From: Oceanispirochaeta sp.
GTDB taxonomy: Bacteria > Spirochaetota > Spirochaetia > DSM-2461
NCBI GenBank assembly: GCA_963666275.2
Contig: CAXXOA010000002.1
Coordinates: 1,536,001 to 1,600,000 of the forward strand
Direction of reading: 5' to 3'
DNA length: 64,000 nucleotides
Shown: positions 52,696-62,384 of the stretch, in pieces
Layout: every line of letters starts with the position of its first letter
How positions within the stretch are numbered: position 1 is the first letter of the stretch
Notes under the pieces: model-generated
The model's database searches: none
Seen by the model: only the letters and a program-made list of their open reading frames with translations
Told to the model about the DNA's origin: nothing
Translations under genes and position numbers: made by a program

Positions 52696-53085
52696 ATGCG
52701 GATTGACCATGTGGCCATATGGGCCAGAGACATTGAGATTCTCAAAGACTTTTATGTCAGGTACTTTCATGCGGACTGCGGAGAGAAATACACGAATCCT
52801 GCCAAATCATTTCAATCCTATTTTCTGACATTTTCCGGGGATTCCCGGCTTGAGATAATGCAGAAGCCTGATATTCCCCCCAACAGGAATAATACGGAAG
52901 ATCAGTATCAGGGTATTATTCATCTAGCCCTGTCTGTGGGTTCCCGGGAGAAGGTTCTGGAGCTGACGGCAGAGCTGGCAAAGGACGGGTACAGCGTTGT
53001 CAGTGCGCCGAGAGAAACCGGCGACGGTTACTTTGAAAGCTGTATTCTGGACCCCGAATCCAATCGAATCGAAATAACAGACTGA
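52696..53085 (+). CDS. VOC/glyoxalase family protein
   Basis: IDHVAIW, LEIM, HLA and DPESNRIE motifs. Confidence 0.92.
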   Translation: MRIDHVAIWARDIEILKDFYVRYFHADCGEKYTNPAKSFQSYFLTFSGDSRLEIMQKPDIPPNRNNTEDQYQGIIHLALSVGSREKVLELTAELAKDGYSVVSAPRETGDGYFESCILDPESNRIEITD

Positions 53086-53204
53086 TGGGAAATCAGATTA
53101 TATGAAATGAGGAATCTGATGAAGTTTGGAAGATCATTGCCGGGGAGTATAGAATTTAACAGACTCTCTTATAGGAACCCTGTTAAGGGAAAGGAATACA
53201 GATC

Positions 53205-53423
53205 ATGAAGCAGGAGCTGCGGGAAAAGATCCTGGACGTCTGTGACAGGAAGATTGAAGCCAAAGGTGACAATGTGGGCTTATCCTTTTATGCGTTTTTT
53301 TCAAATAAAAATGATGATCCCGACCTGTTGATGGAAGCGGCTGTCTGGTGGATTAAAACCCATCAGCTGGACCATTTTGAAAAAGCCGTGAAGATCAGAG
53401 AAATGGTTCTGTCCGGGGTATAG
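53205..53423 (+). CDS. Small conserved hypothetical protein
   Basis: 72 aa; KGDNVGLSFYAFF.NKNDDP..WWI..H.LDHFEKA; SD AAGGA. Confidence 0.7.
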   Translation: MKQELREKILDVCDRKIEAKGDNVGLSFYAFFSNKNDDPDLLMEAAVWWIKTHQLDHFEKAVKIREMVLSGV

Positions 53424-53465
53424 AGATCCCCGCCGGAGTCACTGTCTGTAATCATTAAAAGGAAG

Positions 53466-54188
53466 ATGAAGGAGAAACAATTGCTGAAAAATAAGAATGT
53501 TCTTATTACAGGTGCTACATCGGGAATCGGCAGGGATATCACGAAGAGAATACTGCAGAATCAGGGGAATGTTGCCTGCTGCGGCAGATCTGAGGCCAAA
53601 CTGCAGACTCTGATGGAAGAGAATGCTTCCTTTGTGGGAAAGCAGTTCTATAAAGCCTTTGATATCACCCGGGAAGAGGATATCCTCACTTTCATTGAAG
53701 AAGCGGGTAACGCCATCGGGCCTATAGATATTCTGATCAACTGCGCGGGAATCAACTCGGAAAGGGCCCCGGTGGAATCCATTTCCACACAGGAGTTCCG
53801 CAGAATGATCGATGTTAATCTGATGGCGCCGTTTGTGTTTATCAGAGAGGTTTATAACCAGATGATTGAAAGGCAGGAGGGGACGATCATCAATATCCTT
53901 TCCACAGTCTGCGGCTTTTCCAATGAGGGGATTTCCGCATACACGGCGTCCAAAGCCGGCTTTGATGGCTTTGTCAAAGTTCTGAGAAAAGAAGCCAGGC
54001 AGAATAACGTCAAAGTCTGTTCGGTCTATCCCGGGGGCGTCAACACGGATTTCCGCAGTGAACCCCGGCCTCAGTATCTGTCTCCCGCCATCGTGGCTGA
54101 TTCGGTTCTGTCTGTGATTCAGCTGAACAGGGAGTCCTGTATGGACGAACTTGTAATCCGTCCCATGGTTGAAACCAATTTCTCCTGA
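53466..54188 (+). CDS. Short-chain dehydrogenase/reductase
   Basis: TGATSGIG, NCAG, YTASK and PGGVNT motifs. Confidence 0.93.
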   Translation: MKEKQLLKNKNVLITGATSGIGRDITKRILQNQGNVACCGRSEAKLQTLMEENASFVGKQFYKAFDITREEDILTFIEEAGNAIGPIDILINCAGINSERAPVESISTQEFRRMIDVNLMAPFVFIREVYNQMIERQEGTIINILSTVCGFSNEGISAYTASKAGFDGFVKVLRKEARQNNVKVCSVYPGGVNTDFRSEPRPQYLSPAIVADSVLSVIQLNRESCMDELVIRPMVETNFS

Positions 54189-54197
54189 GTCCCGGAT

Positions 54198-54590
54198 ATG
54201 TCCGTGAACATGATGGAAAGGCTTAAAAAAAGAGCCGGGGCTCTCAAAACAGAGATCACCGCCCTCTACTATGCCTATAAGCATCCGGATGTCGGGATTC
54301 TGCCCAGGCTCCTTATCCTGTTGACTGTGGGATATGCGCTGAGCCCGGTGGATCTCATTCCCGATTTCATACCTCTTCTCGGGTATCTGGATGACCTGAT
54401 CCTGCTGCCCGCCCTGATTGCCCTTTCCATCCGTCTGATCCCCCGGGAAATTATGGAAAACTCCCGGCAGAAGGCTCAGGAGCATCCTGTCTCTCTGAAA
54501 AAAAACTGGTTTTTCGCATGTATTATCATTTTTGTATGGATTATCCTTATAGCTGTTATACTGAAAAGGATTCTTTTGTATACCGATTGA
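54198..54590 (+). CDS. YkvA/DUF1232 family membrane protein
   Basis: YALSPVDLIPDFIPLLGYLDD. Confidence 0.92.
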   Translation: MSVNMMERLKKRAGALKTEITALYYAYKHPDVGILPRLLILLTVGYALSPVDLIPDFIPLLGYLDDLILLPALIALSIRLIPREIMENSRQKAQEHPVSLKKNWFFACIIIFVWIILIAVILKRILLYTD

Positions 54591-54628
54591 ACCGGTATGC
54601 CTGAAATGATCATCAGAAGGAGAGTTAT

Positions 54629-55021
54629 ATGAAACTGGAGGGGTTCGGGCTTTTTGTAAGAGATATGCCTGTGATGATACGCTTTTACAGAGATGTTCTG
54701 GGATTTGCCATTACAGAAGAGGAAAGCACAAAAAATGTCTATCTTGAAAAAGACGGAACTCTGTTTCTGCTCTACGGCAGGCAGGATTTTGAAGAGATGG
54801 TCAATCAGAGTTTTGACTATGTTCCTCACCTGAACGGCCATAGCGAAATTGCCCTGGGTGTGGAGAATTACGATGCGGTCGACAGAAACTACAGGGATGT
54901 GATTGCAAAAGGAGCTGTTTCTGTGATGGAACCGAAAACCATGCCCTGGGGGCAGAGAACCTGTTATATTGCAGATCCCGAAGGGAATCTGATCGAAATC
55001 GGCTCATTTACAAAGGAGTAA
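54629..55021 (+). CDS. VOC/glyoxalase family protein
   Basis: FYRDVLG and PWGQRTCYIADPEGNLIE motifs. Confidence 0.92.
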   Translation: MKLEGFGLFVRDMPVMIRFYRDVLGFAITEEESTKNVYLEKDGTLFLLYGRQDFEEMVNQSFDYVPHLNGHSEIALGVENYDAVDRNYRDVIAKGAVSVMEPKTMPWGQRTCYIADPEGNLIEIGSFTKE

Positions 55022-55029
55022 GGAGAGAT

Positions 55030-55359
55030 ATGGCAACCACTCCGGATTTTATAGAATTTGTCTGCGACCAGATTGATCCCCGGTGGAACAGAAGGTACAG
55101 AAAGATGTTCGGCGAGTATATGGTCTATGTGAATGACAAGCCTGTTCTCCTTGTGTGCGATAATACGGTGTATGCCAAAAAGCTGGACTGTATTGCCCCT
55201 TTCATCAGTGAGGACAGTACGGGGATTCCCTACAAAGGGGCGAAAGAACACTTTGTGCTGGATGTGGAGGATGGGGAAAACTTCCCGAAAATCATTGAGG
55301 AACTGGAAAAGGTCATTAAAGTTCCCGTGAAGAAAAAAAAGAAAGGAGAGGGGAAATGA
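55030..55359 (+). CDS. TfoX/Sxy N-terminal domain protein
   Basis: RKMFGEY..Y..CDN..Y.K and PY.GAK motifs. Confidence 0.85.
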   Translation: MATTPDFIEFVCDQIDPRWNRRYRKMFGEYMVYVNDKPVLLVCDNTVYAKKLDCIAPFISEDSTGIPYKGAKEHFVLDVEDGENFPKIIEELEKVIKVPVKKKKKGEGK

Positions 55360-55760
55360 AGCATTCCGGTTCCTGCCTCTGCGGAGATATCCGGTTTGAG
55401 ATAACGGGGGATTTTGAAAACTTTTTTTTCTGTCACTGCAAATCCTGCCGGAAAGATACGGGATCTGCCCATGGGGCCAATCTGTTTTCATCCACCGCAG
55501 AGCTGACCTGGCTGAAAGGGGAGGAGAAGGTACAGACCTTCAATTACCAGAATTCCGGCCATATCAAGAGTTTCTGTCCCCGCTGCAGTTCGGCCCTTCC
55601 GAATATCCAGATGGAGGGGACCCTCCTTGTTGTCCCCGCAGGAAGCCTGGATACGGAAATAGACATTCCTCCCTCGGGTCATATCTACTTGAGCGAAAAA
55701 GCGGGGTGGGATAAGGATCTTGAAAAAGCTCCTCACTATGAGAATCTGCCGGAAGGATGA
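55356..55760 (+). CDS. GFA/CENP-V family protein
   Basis: GSCLCG, CHCKSCRK and FCPRCSS motifs. Confidence 0.92.
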   Translation: MKHSGSCLCGDIRFEITGDFENFFFCHCKSCRKDTGSAHGANLFSSTAELTWLKGEEKVQTFNYQNSGHIKSFCPRCSSALPNIQMEGTLLVVPAGSLDTEIDIPPSGHIYLSEKAGWDKDLEKAPHYENLPEG

Positions 55761-55776
55761 AATTGAGAGGGAAGGA

Positions 55777-57309
55777 TTATTCCGGTCCCAGCACAGACCG
55801 GATTTTTCTGCCTAAATCTGTCATGGAATAGGGTTTTGCCAGGAAATTGACTTCCTCTCCCACAAGGCCTCTCCTGGCTATAATATTGGCTGTATAGCCT
55901 GAAACGTAGAGGATCTTTATATCCGAATTGAGTTCGCCGATTTTTTCTGATAATTCCGCACCTGTCATATTGGGCATAACCACATCAGTAATAAGAAGGT
56001 CTATCGAATCCTCTGCCCTCCTCACTGTTTCAATGGCATCCAATGGATCGCCTGATGTTAAGACCCTGTAGCCCATGGTTTCAAGAATCTCTCCGGTTAT
56101 GGTAAGAACACTCTCATCATCATCGACAATCAGTATGGTTTCTTTTCCCCGGGACTGAAACGGGTGTTTTTCCGGACTCAGGTCTCTTTTCTTTTCAATC
56201 TCTTTTTCCCTGTGTTCCGCCAGGTATATCCTGAACGTTGTTCCTTTTCCGGGTTCGCTGTAGACATTGATAAAACCGTTATTCTGCCTGATGATTCCGT
56301 AAACGGTGGAGAGTCCCAGGCCGGTCCCTTCTCCCCGTTTTTTTGTCGTGAAAAAGGGATCGAAAATCTGCTGCTGAGTCTCCCTGTCCATACCGCTTCC
56401 GTTGTCACTGAAGCTTATCACGGCATAATTTCCCGGTGTGAGACCGTAATGTTCTGCACTCAAGGTTTCCTCAATTGTGACATTCCCGGTTTCAATGGAG
56501 ATCTCGCCAATCGTTTCAATGGCATCCCGCGCGTTGACGCTTAGGTTTGTCAGAATCTGATGCAGCTGGTTCGGATCAATTTTTATAGTGTAGAGATCTT
56601 TACCGGGGGCCCAGGAAATGGTTATATCCTCTCCGACTATTCTCCGGATAAAATTGAGAGATCCATCGATTTCCTCGTTAAGATTCACAGTCAGGGGAAT
56701 CGCATTCTGCTTCCGGGCAAAACCCAGAAGATGCTGTGTCAGTTCTGCAGAGAGCTTTGCGGTCTTCTTTATTTCCCGGAGAATCCTTATCAGATCGCTG
56801 TCCTGTGCCACTGAAGATAGAGCCATTTCCGTATATCCCAGGATGACTGTGAGATTATTGTTGAAGTCATGGGCAATGCCGCCGGCCAGATGACCGATGG
56901 ACTCCATTTTCTGAGCCTGATATTTTCTTTTCTCCACCTCTTTCAGTTTTAATGAAAGCAGTTTCCGCTGGGTTATGTCTAAAGACATTACAAACACACC
57001 CTCCGGAACAGGGGAGATCCGTAACTCAAACCAGCCTTTCTCTCCGTCGGGAAAGTTGAATTCATTTTCAATCGTGTTGGGTCTCCGATTCTGAAGGGTA
57101 TCCAGGATTAACCTGTAGACTTCTGTTTCTTCAATACCGGGCCACATCTCTTTGTAGCATTGTCCCAGAAGTTCACTGTTCGGACGTCTGTTTTGGTGTT
57201 CTGCGGCTTTATTTATATATAGATATATAAGATCGTAATCAAATATCTGACATCCTTCCATCAGGCTGTCGAATAATCTCTGGAATTGTAATTCATTGGA
57301 CATTGTCAT
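55777..57309 (-). CDS. PAS-domain hybrid histidine kinase/response regulator
   Basis: PAS domain; AHDFNN H-box; NARDA, DNGSG and GTGLGL; receiver VDDD..TDVVMP..KP. Confidence 0.93.
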   Translation of the reverse strand: MTMSNELQFQRLFDSLMEGCQIFDYDLIYLYINKAAEHQNRRPNSELLGQCYKEMWPGIEETEVYRLILDTLQNRRPNTIENEFNFPDGEKGWFELRISPVPEGVFVMSLDITQRKLLSLKLKEVEKRKYQAQKMESIGHLAGGIAHDFNNNLTVILGYTEMALSSVAQDSDLIRILREIKKTAKLSAELTQHLLGFARKQNAIPLTVNLNEEIDGSLNFIRRIVGEDITISWAPGKDLYTIKIDPNQLHQILTNLSVNARDAIETIGEISIETGNVTIEETLSAEHYGLTPGNYAVISFSDNGSGMDRETQQQIFDPFFTTKKRGEGTGLGLSTVYGIIRQNNGFINVYSEPGKGTTFRIYLAEHREKEIEKKRDLSPEKHPFQSRGKETILIVDDDESVLTITGEILETMGYRVLTSGDPLDAIETVRRAEDSIDLLITDVVMPNMTGAELSEKIGELNSDIKILYVSGYTANIIARRGLVGEEVNFLAKPYSMTDLGRKIRSVLGPE

Positions 57310-57570
57310 ATCCCGAAATCTGTTTTTGCACTGTATACTGTGATATCATCTCTATAGAGAAATTTAGAGAACTCACAGGGAAATAGCAAATACAATTCCT
57401 GAAAACCCTGTTATCTGACCAATATTTATCTGTTGTCTATTGAGAGGGGAGAGTGTTAGACTTTTCCATAGAATCCGTTTCTGCAGGGGCTATCCTGGAT
57501 GATAGATGCAGAGCCGAGAGGATAGATCCGGGTCGGTTCAGGAATCTCCGCATTTTAGGGGAACATAACT

Positions 57571-57950
57571 ATGACAGCATCAGTTTCTGCCATGATTTTT
57601 ACATTTTTTACCCTGGCGGTCATGATTTTTCAGGCCTGCCTTGCCACGGGGCTTCCCTGGGGGGCTGCTTCGATGGGAGGGAATTTCCCGGCAGGTATCC
57701 TGTAAAAATGCGGTTTGCGGCTGTTGGAAACATCGGGATTCTGGTTCTCATGGCTTTGATTGTTCTTTCCAGGGCAGGGCTTCTCCTTCCGGGAATGAGA
57801 TCCTTTGCGGGGATTGCTGTCTGGGTCATTGTGGTATACTCCTTTGCCGGAACCATCATGAATCTGATTTCTCCCAGCAGGATCGAAAGGATCTGGGCTC
57901 CTGTGGCTCTGATACAGGGAATTACAGGTCTGATAGTTGCTTTGAGCTAG
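57571..57950 (+). pseudogene. Frameshifted small membrane protein gene
   Basis: ATG 57571 reads MTASVSAMIF...FQACLATGLPWGAASMGG, then stops at 57703-57705. The natural continuation FPGRYPVKMR...ERIWAPVA is in the -1 frame, implying 1 nt missing near 57682. Confidence 0.7.
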
Positions 57951-57983
57951 GGGATGGACAATACATAAGGGAGAGCGAATTCT

Positions 57984-58442
57984 ATGGTACATCTGGCATA
58001 CTGCGATGATAAAGAGAAAGTTCTTGAGAAGATTCTGGAAGGCACTAAGACAATGCTTGTCAGGGGCGCTGCGGGAAGGAAAATCCCCCATAGCAGAGTT
58101 TTTGAAAATGAAACTTTATATCTGATGAAGAAAGGGACAGCACAGATTACAGCAAAAGCCAGGATTACCCATGTGGAGAATTACACGAAACTTACAGAAC
58201 CGGAGATCAATTCGGTGTTCGAAAAAAATCAGGATAAGCTGAATCTGTCCCCGGCGCAAAGAAAACGGTGGCATAAAAAATGTCTCTGTCTTGTAGAGTT
58301 TTCGGAAATTGAAAAAATAGAACCTCTGCCATTTGATCATCAGGGAAATATGGATGACTGGCTCATTCTTGAAAAGATTGAAGATGTTGTCGAAGGGACA
58401 AGTATTCCCTATAACTATGAGAAATCCAAATTCAAAAAATGA
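57984..58442 (+). CDS. Conserved hypothetical protein, ASCH/PUA-like N-terminal motif
   Basis: LEKILEGTKTMLVR resembles the ASCH GxKxxExR motif; SD AAGGGAG. Confidence 0.6.
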   Translation: MVHLAYCDDKEKVLEKILEGTKTMLVRGAAGRKIPHSRVFENETLYLMKKGTAQITAKARITHVENYTKLTEPEINSVFEKNQDKLNLSPAQRKRWHKKCLCLVEFSEIEKIEPLPFDHQGNMDDWLILEKIEDVVEGTSIPYNYEKSKFKK

Positions 58443-58888
58443 TTATGAAATATCCTGAACTGACTGTAAGCGGCATTATTTTTAATCCTCAGAATGAAAT
58501 ACTGCTCTGCAGATCCCATAAATGGGATGATAAATATATCATTCCCGGGGGGCATGTGGAATACGGCGAACCCCTGGAAGAGGCTCTGAAAAGGGAGATT
58601 CGGGAAGAGACGAGCCTGGATATCCACAGCATTAAACTTCTGGGGATCAAAGAGTGTTTCTATACAAATGCGTTTTATAAAGACAGGCATTTTCTTTTTA
58701 TGGACTATACCTGCAAGACCGATTCCTGCGATGTGGTGCTGAATGAGGAAGCCCAGGAGTATGTCTGGACCAGCCTGTCGGATATACACAAATATGATCT
58801 GGGAGGTTTTACCGAATCTCTGCTTCAGAAACTGGTCGACAGGGATAATCCTGAGTTCCGGGAGTGTATCTTCTACAATTACGAATAG
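58439..58888 (+). CDS. NUDIX hydrolase
   Basis: Nudix box GGHVEYGEPLEEALKREIREETSL. Confidence 0.93.
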   Translation: MIMKYPELTVSGIIFNPQNEILLCRSHKWDDKYIIPGGHVEYGEPLEEALKREIREETSLDIHSIKLLGIKECFYTNAFYKDRHFLFMDYTCKTDSCDVVLNEEAQEYVWTSLSDIHKYDLGGFTESLLQKLVDRDNPEFRECIFYNYE

Positions 58889-58958
58889 CCTTCCGGGGGA
58901 ATCATGAGGTCTATGACCTTCCGGCCTTCTGTATTGGCTGCATTCCCGAAGAGTCTGC

Positions 58959-59810
58959 CTATTCTGCTTCTTCTCTGAAAAACTCTTCCAGAGTTCTTAT
59001 TCCGTATGGGGGAGCCTTCATATCCATGGCCATGGTGGTCAGGAAAAACTCCAGAGGCCCGTAGGTTTTCACTCCTGTGAAGGTCCTGAGAAACCCCAGT
59101 GTCATCCGTCTGAAAATATCGGGAAGGTGGATAATCCTGAGGGGCTTGCCGCAGGCTTGCAGAGCCAGTTCTGCGATGCGGTTCTGGGTGAGAAGATCCG
59201 GTCCTCCCGCTTCCAGTACCTTTTCTGCACTGTCAATGGAGTCTGCTACCACTTCCGCCAGGTCGGCGCCGTGAATGGGGTTGAGGACTTTCTCTCCATC
59301 TCCGAAAAGGTATACCCTTCCCGATTCCGCCATCCTGAGAAAGTCTCCCATATCGGAGAAGAAGCCGTTGGGACGGATGATTGTATAGTCCAGACCCGAC
59401 TGTTTCAGATAGTCACCCAGCTGTTCCTTGGCATCACAGATGGCAAGATTTCTCAGCTTCTCTCCATTGAGCACTGAAATGTAGATGAATTTCCGGACAC
59501 TGTTCCTGATTGCACCGTCAATGAGGTTGGCATTGGCCTGGTAGTCCACATCCATATAGGTCAGGCCGTCTTTCTGGCGCGTAATACCCACAGAACTGAT
59601 GACTGTGTCGATGCTTTCAAAGAGGTGATCCGGAAGGGGGGCTTCGGTTATCCCGGCTTCCACCACTTCCAGAAGGTCATGCCGGATATTCACCTTTGCT
59701 CTGTTTCTCACCACGATCCTGACGGGTATGCCCCTGGAAAGGAGTTCTCCGGCAATATATCCGCCCAGATAGCCTGTGGCTCCCGCAAGAAGTACCGGTT
59801 TCTTTTCCAT
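58959..59810 (-). CDS. NAD(P)H-binding atypical SDR (NmrA-like)
   Basis: AGATGYLG, VDYQAN, IRPNGFF and NPIHGADLA motifs. Confidence 0.88.
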   Translation of the reverse strand: MEKKPVLLAGATGYLGGYIAGELLSRGIPVRIVVRNRAKVNIRHDLLEVVEAGITEAPLPDHLFESIDTVISSVGITRQKDGLTYMDVDYQANANLIDGAIRNSVRKFIYISVLNGEKLRNLAICDAKEQLGDYLKQSGLDYTIIRPNGFFSDMGDFLRMAESGRVYLFGDGEKVLNPIHGADLAEVVADSIDSAEKVLEAGGPDLLTQNRIAELALQACGKPLRIIHLPDIFRRMTLGFLRTFTGVKTYGPLEFFLTTMAMDMKAPPYGIRTLEEFFREEAE

Positions 59811-59977
59811 ATCAGAATCCTCCGTAAGTCAGTAAATTCTCCAGCAATATCACTATCATATCCCAAAACAGGAAAAGGGGAAGTACACTTTCCAGGAAAT
59901 AGTTCCCTCGCCCCTTTGTATTTCACGTCTATGTCGAAGGATTCCTGTTCTCACTTTTATCTGCTACTCTTTGCCCT

Positions 59978-60634
59978 ATGATGAATCAGGATACAGTGAT
60001 TGAGAAAACAGCAGGGTATGTCAAAGAGGTCCTGTCCGAAGCCGAAGGGGGCCATGACTGGTGGCACATCCACCGGGTGTGGAAGCTGTCCCGGCATATT
60101 GCCCGGTCTGAAAAAGGGGATATGTTTATTGTGGAGCTGGGGGCTCTGCTCCATGACATTGCGGATTCCAAATTCCACGGGGGGAATGAAGAGCTGGGCC
60201 CCCGGAGGGCAGGGGAGTTTCTGAAAACCCTGGATCTGGAAGAAGATGTGATTCTCCACGTACAGAACATCATTGCCCATATCTCCTTTAAAGGCGGAAA
60301 GGAGGTTCAGACATTCCGGTCTCCCGAGCTGGATATTGTTCAGGATGCGGACCGTCTGGATGCTCTGGGAGCCATAGGTATTGCCAGAACATTCAATTAC
60401 GGGGGCCATAAAGGCAGAGAAATCTATAACCCTCATATAAAACCCGACCTGAATATGACGAAAGAGGAGTATAAAAGCAGCAGGGCTCCCAGTCTCAACC
60501 ATTTTTATGAAAAACTCCTGCTCCTGAAAGACAGAATGAATACCCCCACAGGCCGGGCTCTGGCGGAACATCGCCACAGGTATATGGAATCTTTTCTGGA
60601 AGAGTTCTACAGGGAGTGGGAGGGAATCCTTTAG
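59978..60634 (+). CDS. HD domain phosphohydrolase
   Basis: GHDWWHIHRV, LLHD, QDADRLDALGAIG and HFYEKLL motifs. Confidence 0.93.
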   Translation: MMNQDTVIEKTAGYVKEVLSEAEGGHDWWHIHRVWKLSRHIARSEKGDMFIVELGALLHDIADSKFHGGNEELGPRRAGEFLKTLDLEEDVILHVQNIIAHISFKGGKEVQTFRSPELDIVQDADRLDALGAIGIARTFNYGGHKGREIYNPHIKPDLNMTKEEYKSSRAPSLNHFYEKLLLLKDRMNTPTGRALAEHRHRYMESFLEEFYREWEGIL

Positions 60635-60779
60635 CAGTCGAAATCCCGAGGACTCCCGTTCTATTGTTGCCGGCAGGGGAATTGCTATATAATAAAAATG
60701 CCGGATCATTATTCCCCGGTTGGGGGCCGCCGGCTGTCAGAAAAAGGATTCGTACAAAAGATCTGTACCGGGAGGATAA

Positions 60780-61133
60780 ATGAAAAAGTTATTGGTTTTA
60801 AGTATTTTCTTGGCAACATTCCAGCTGTCTGCCCTGGAGATTCCCGAGGGAATGTATACGGTGGAGGATTTATACGGGGATGTGGGAACCTGCCTGATCC
60901 GGAACAGTACAATGACAATCGAAGATGAGAGCATGGCATACACCATCGAGGGTTCTGTTATGACTTACGCTACCGGAGAAACCCTCACCGTCAGGTTAAC
61001 AGACGCGGGATTTGAACTGTATCTGTCAAAAGAGCAGTTTTTTGCAGAGCTCCCGGAGGATCAGTCCGGCGTGAGTGAAGAGCTCATCGAGATGATGACA
61101 GGTCAACCTGTTATGAGCTTCGTCAGGCAATAG
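60780..61133 (+). CDS. Exported hypothetical protein
   Basis: Signal peptide MKKLLVLSIFLATFQLSA; SD GGAGG. Confidence 0.7.
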   Translation: MKKLLVLSIFLATFQLSALEIPEGMYTVEDLYGDVGTCLIRNSTMTIEDESMAYTIEGSVMTYATGETLTVRLTDAGFELYLSKEQFFAELPEDQSGVSEELIEMMTGQPVMSFVRQ

Positions 61134-61143
61134 GACCATTATT

Positions 61144-61608
61144 ATGATTGAAGAAAGCATCAGATTGAAGAATCTTATCGAAGACGTTTATGAAAGGTAT
61201 CATGACCTGGATGAGAGTTTCTGTTCTATTCAACTCACTGATGATAAATGGTCGGTCAAGGAGATCTTCGGGCACCTTGTGGACTCGGCGGCCAATAACT
61301 ATCAGCGTTTTGTGAGGCTTCAGGAAACAGAGGAGCTTCAATTTCCCGGGTATGACTATAACTGGGTGAAGATAATCAGATACAACTCCTTTCCCTATGA
61401 TCAGCTTCTGGAGCTATGGAAGCAGTATAATCTGCTGATTTGCCATATCTTCACGAATATTCAGGATGCGGAAAGATCACATGTCTGGCTTTACGATACC
61501 GAAAGACTAACCCTGGAGTTCCTTGTGAAAGATTACATTGACCATATGCTGATCCATCATGACCAGCTGGCAGAAAGGATCCGGGAAATCGGGGAATCCC
61601 CCGAATAG
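61144..61608 (+). CDS. DinB family protein
   Basis: KWSVKEIFGHLVDSA.NNYQRFVR and DYIDH..HH motifs. Confidence 0.9.
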   Translation: MIEESIRLKNLIEDVYERYHDLDESFCSIQLTDDKWSVKEIFGHLVDSAANNYQRFVRLQETEELQFPGYDYNWVKIIRYNSFPYDQLLELWKQYNLLICHIFTNIQDAERSHVWLYDTERLTLEFLVKDYIDHMLIHHDQLAERIREIGESPE

Positions 61609-61620
61609 GAGACTCAGGCT

Positions 61621-62127
61621 ATGACCGAAGACATCCAGAGTGTGAGAGTTATTCATACCGACGGGAAAGATCCTGTCTTTGTCAATCTGTGTGTTCTGCT
61701 GGACGAAAGCCTGGATGAACTGGTGGGAGGCGCTGTACAGAGAGAACAGTACGTCCCTTTCAATAAGCTGGATGACATTCATAATGCCGTTATTCTGTAT
61801 CTGGGAGATGAACCTGTGGCTTCCGGCGCTTTCCGCCACTATCAGGAGGACTGTGCGGAAATCAAGCGGGTTTTTGTCAAACCATCCCACCGGGGCCGGG
61901 GGCTTTCCAGGATTCTGATGGATGAGCTGGAGTCCAGAGCCTGGAGAGAGGGATACAGGCGGCTGATTCTGGAAACAGGGGCGCCCCTGATCGCGGCGGG
62001 CCATCTCTACAGGAACATCGGGTTCAGAAGGATTGAAAACTACGGCCCCTATGCGGGGATGGAAGAGTCTGTGTGTATGGAGAAAGAGCTGGACAGAGAG
62101 AAACAGGAAATACAGGAACGGGAATGA
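61621..62127 (+). CDS. GNAT acetyltransferase
   Basis: EIKRVFV..RGRGLS and LETG..A..LY...GF..NYGPY motifs. Confidence 0.92.
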   Translation: MTEDIQSVRVIHTDGKDPVFVNLCVLLDESLDELVGGAVQREQYVPFNKLDDIHNAVILYLGDEPVASGAFRHYQEDCAEIKRVFVKPSHRGRGLSRILMDELESRAWREGYRRLILETGAPLIAAGHLYRNIGFRRIENYGPYAGMEESVCMEKELDREKQEIQERE

Positions 62128-62338
62128 CAGATAAAAGTGATATACAGAAAATAGTCCACGATTCCTATTGGACAGATGATGTGAACTGTGCCACCACCAT
62201 GCTGAGAGTCCTGTCGGCGGCTTTCAGGAGTCTGATCCTGAACACCTTTGCGAAGAACTCACTCTGAAGTCTGCGGTCTGGGCTGCGGGATTTCTGGAGC
62301 AGAAGATCAATACTTTTGTCCTGAATCGCCGAAGCTGA
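62124..62338 (+). pseudogene. C_GCAxxG_C_C family gene remnant with an internal deletion
   Basis: The N-terminus MTDKSDIQKIVHDSYWTDDVNCATTML is joined out of frame near 62215 to the C-terminal piece GGFQESDPEHLCEELT...*. The central CG motif is absent. Confidence 0.65.
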
Positions 62339-62384
62339 CCTGTCTTTCACTCCGTCTGATTTACTTTGCATAAGGAGTTTTCTG

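Noticed and set aside
53439..54485. Minus-strand 348-aa ORF
   Set aside because: Antisense shadow of the SDR and YkvA genes.
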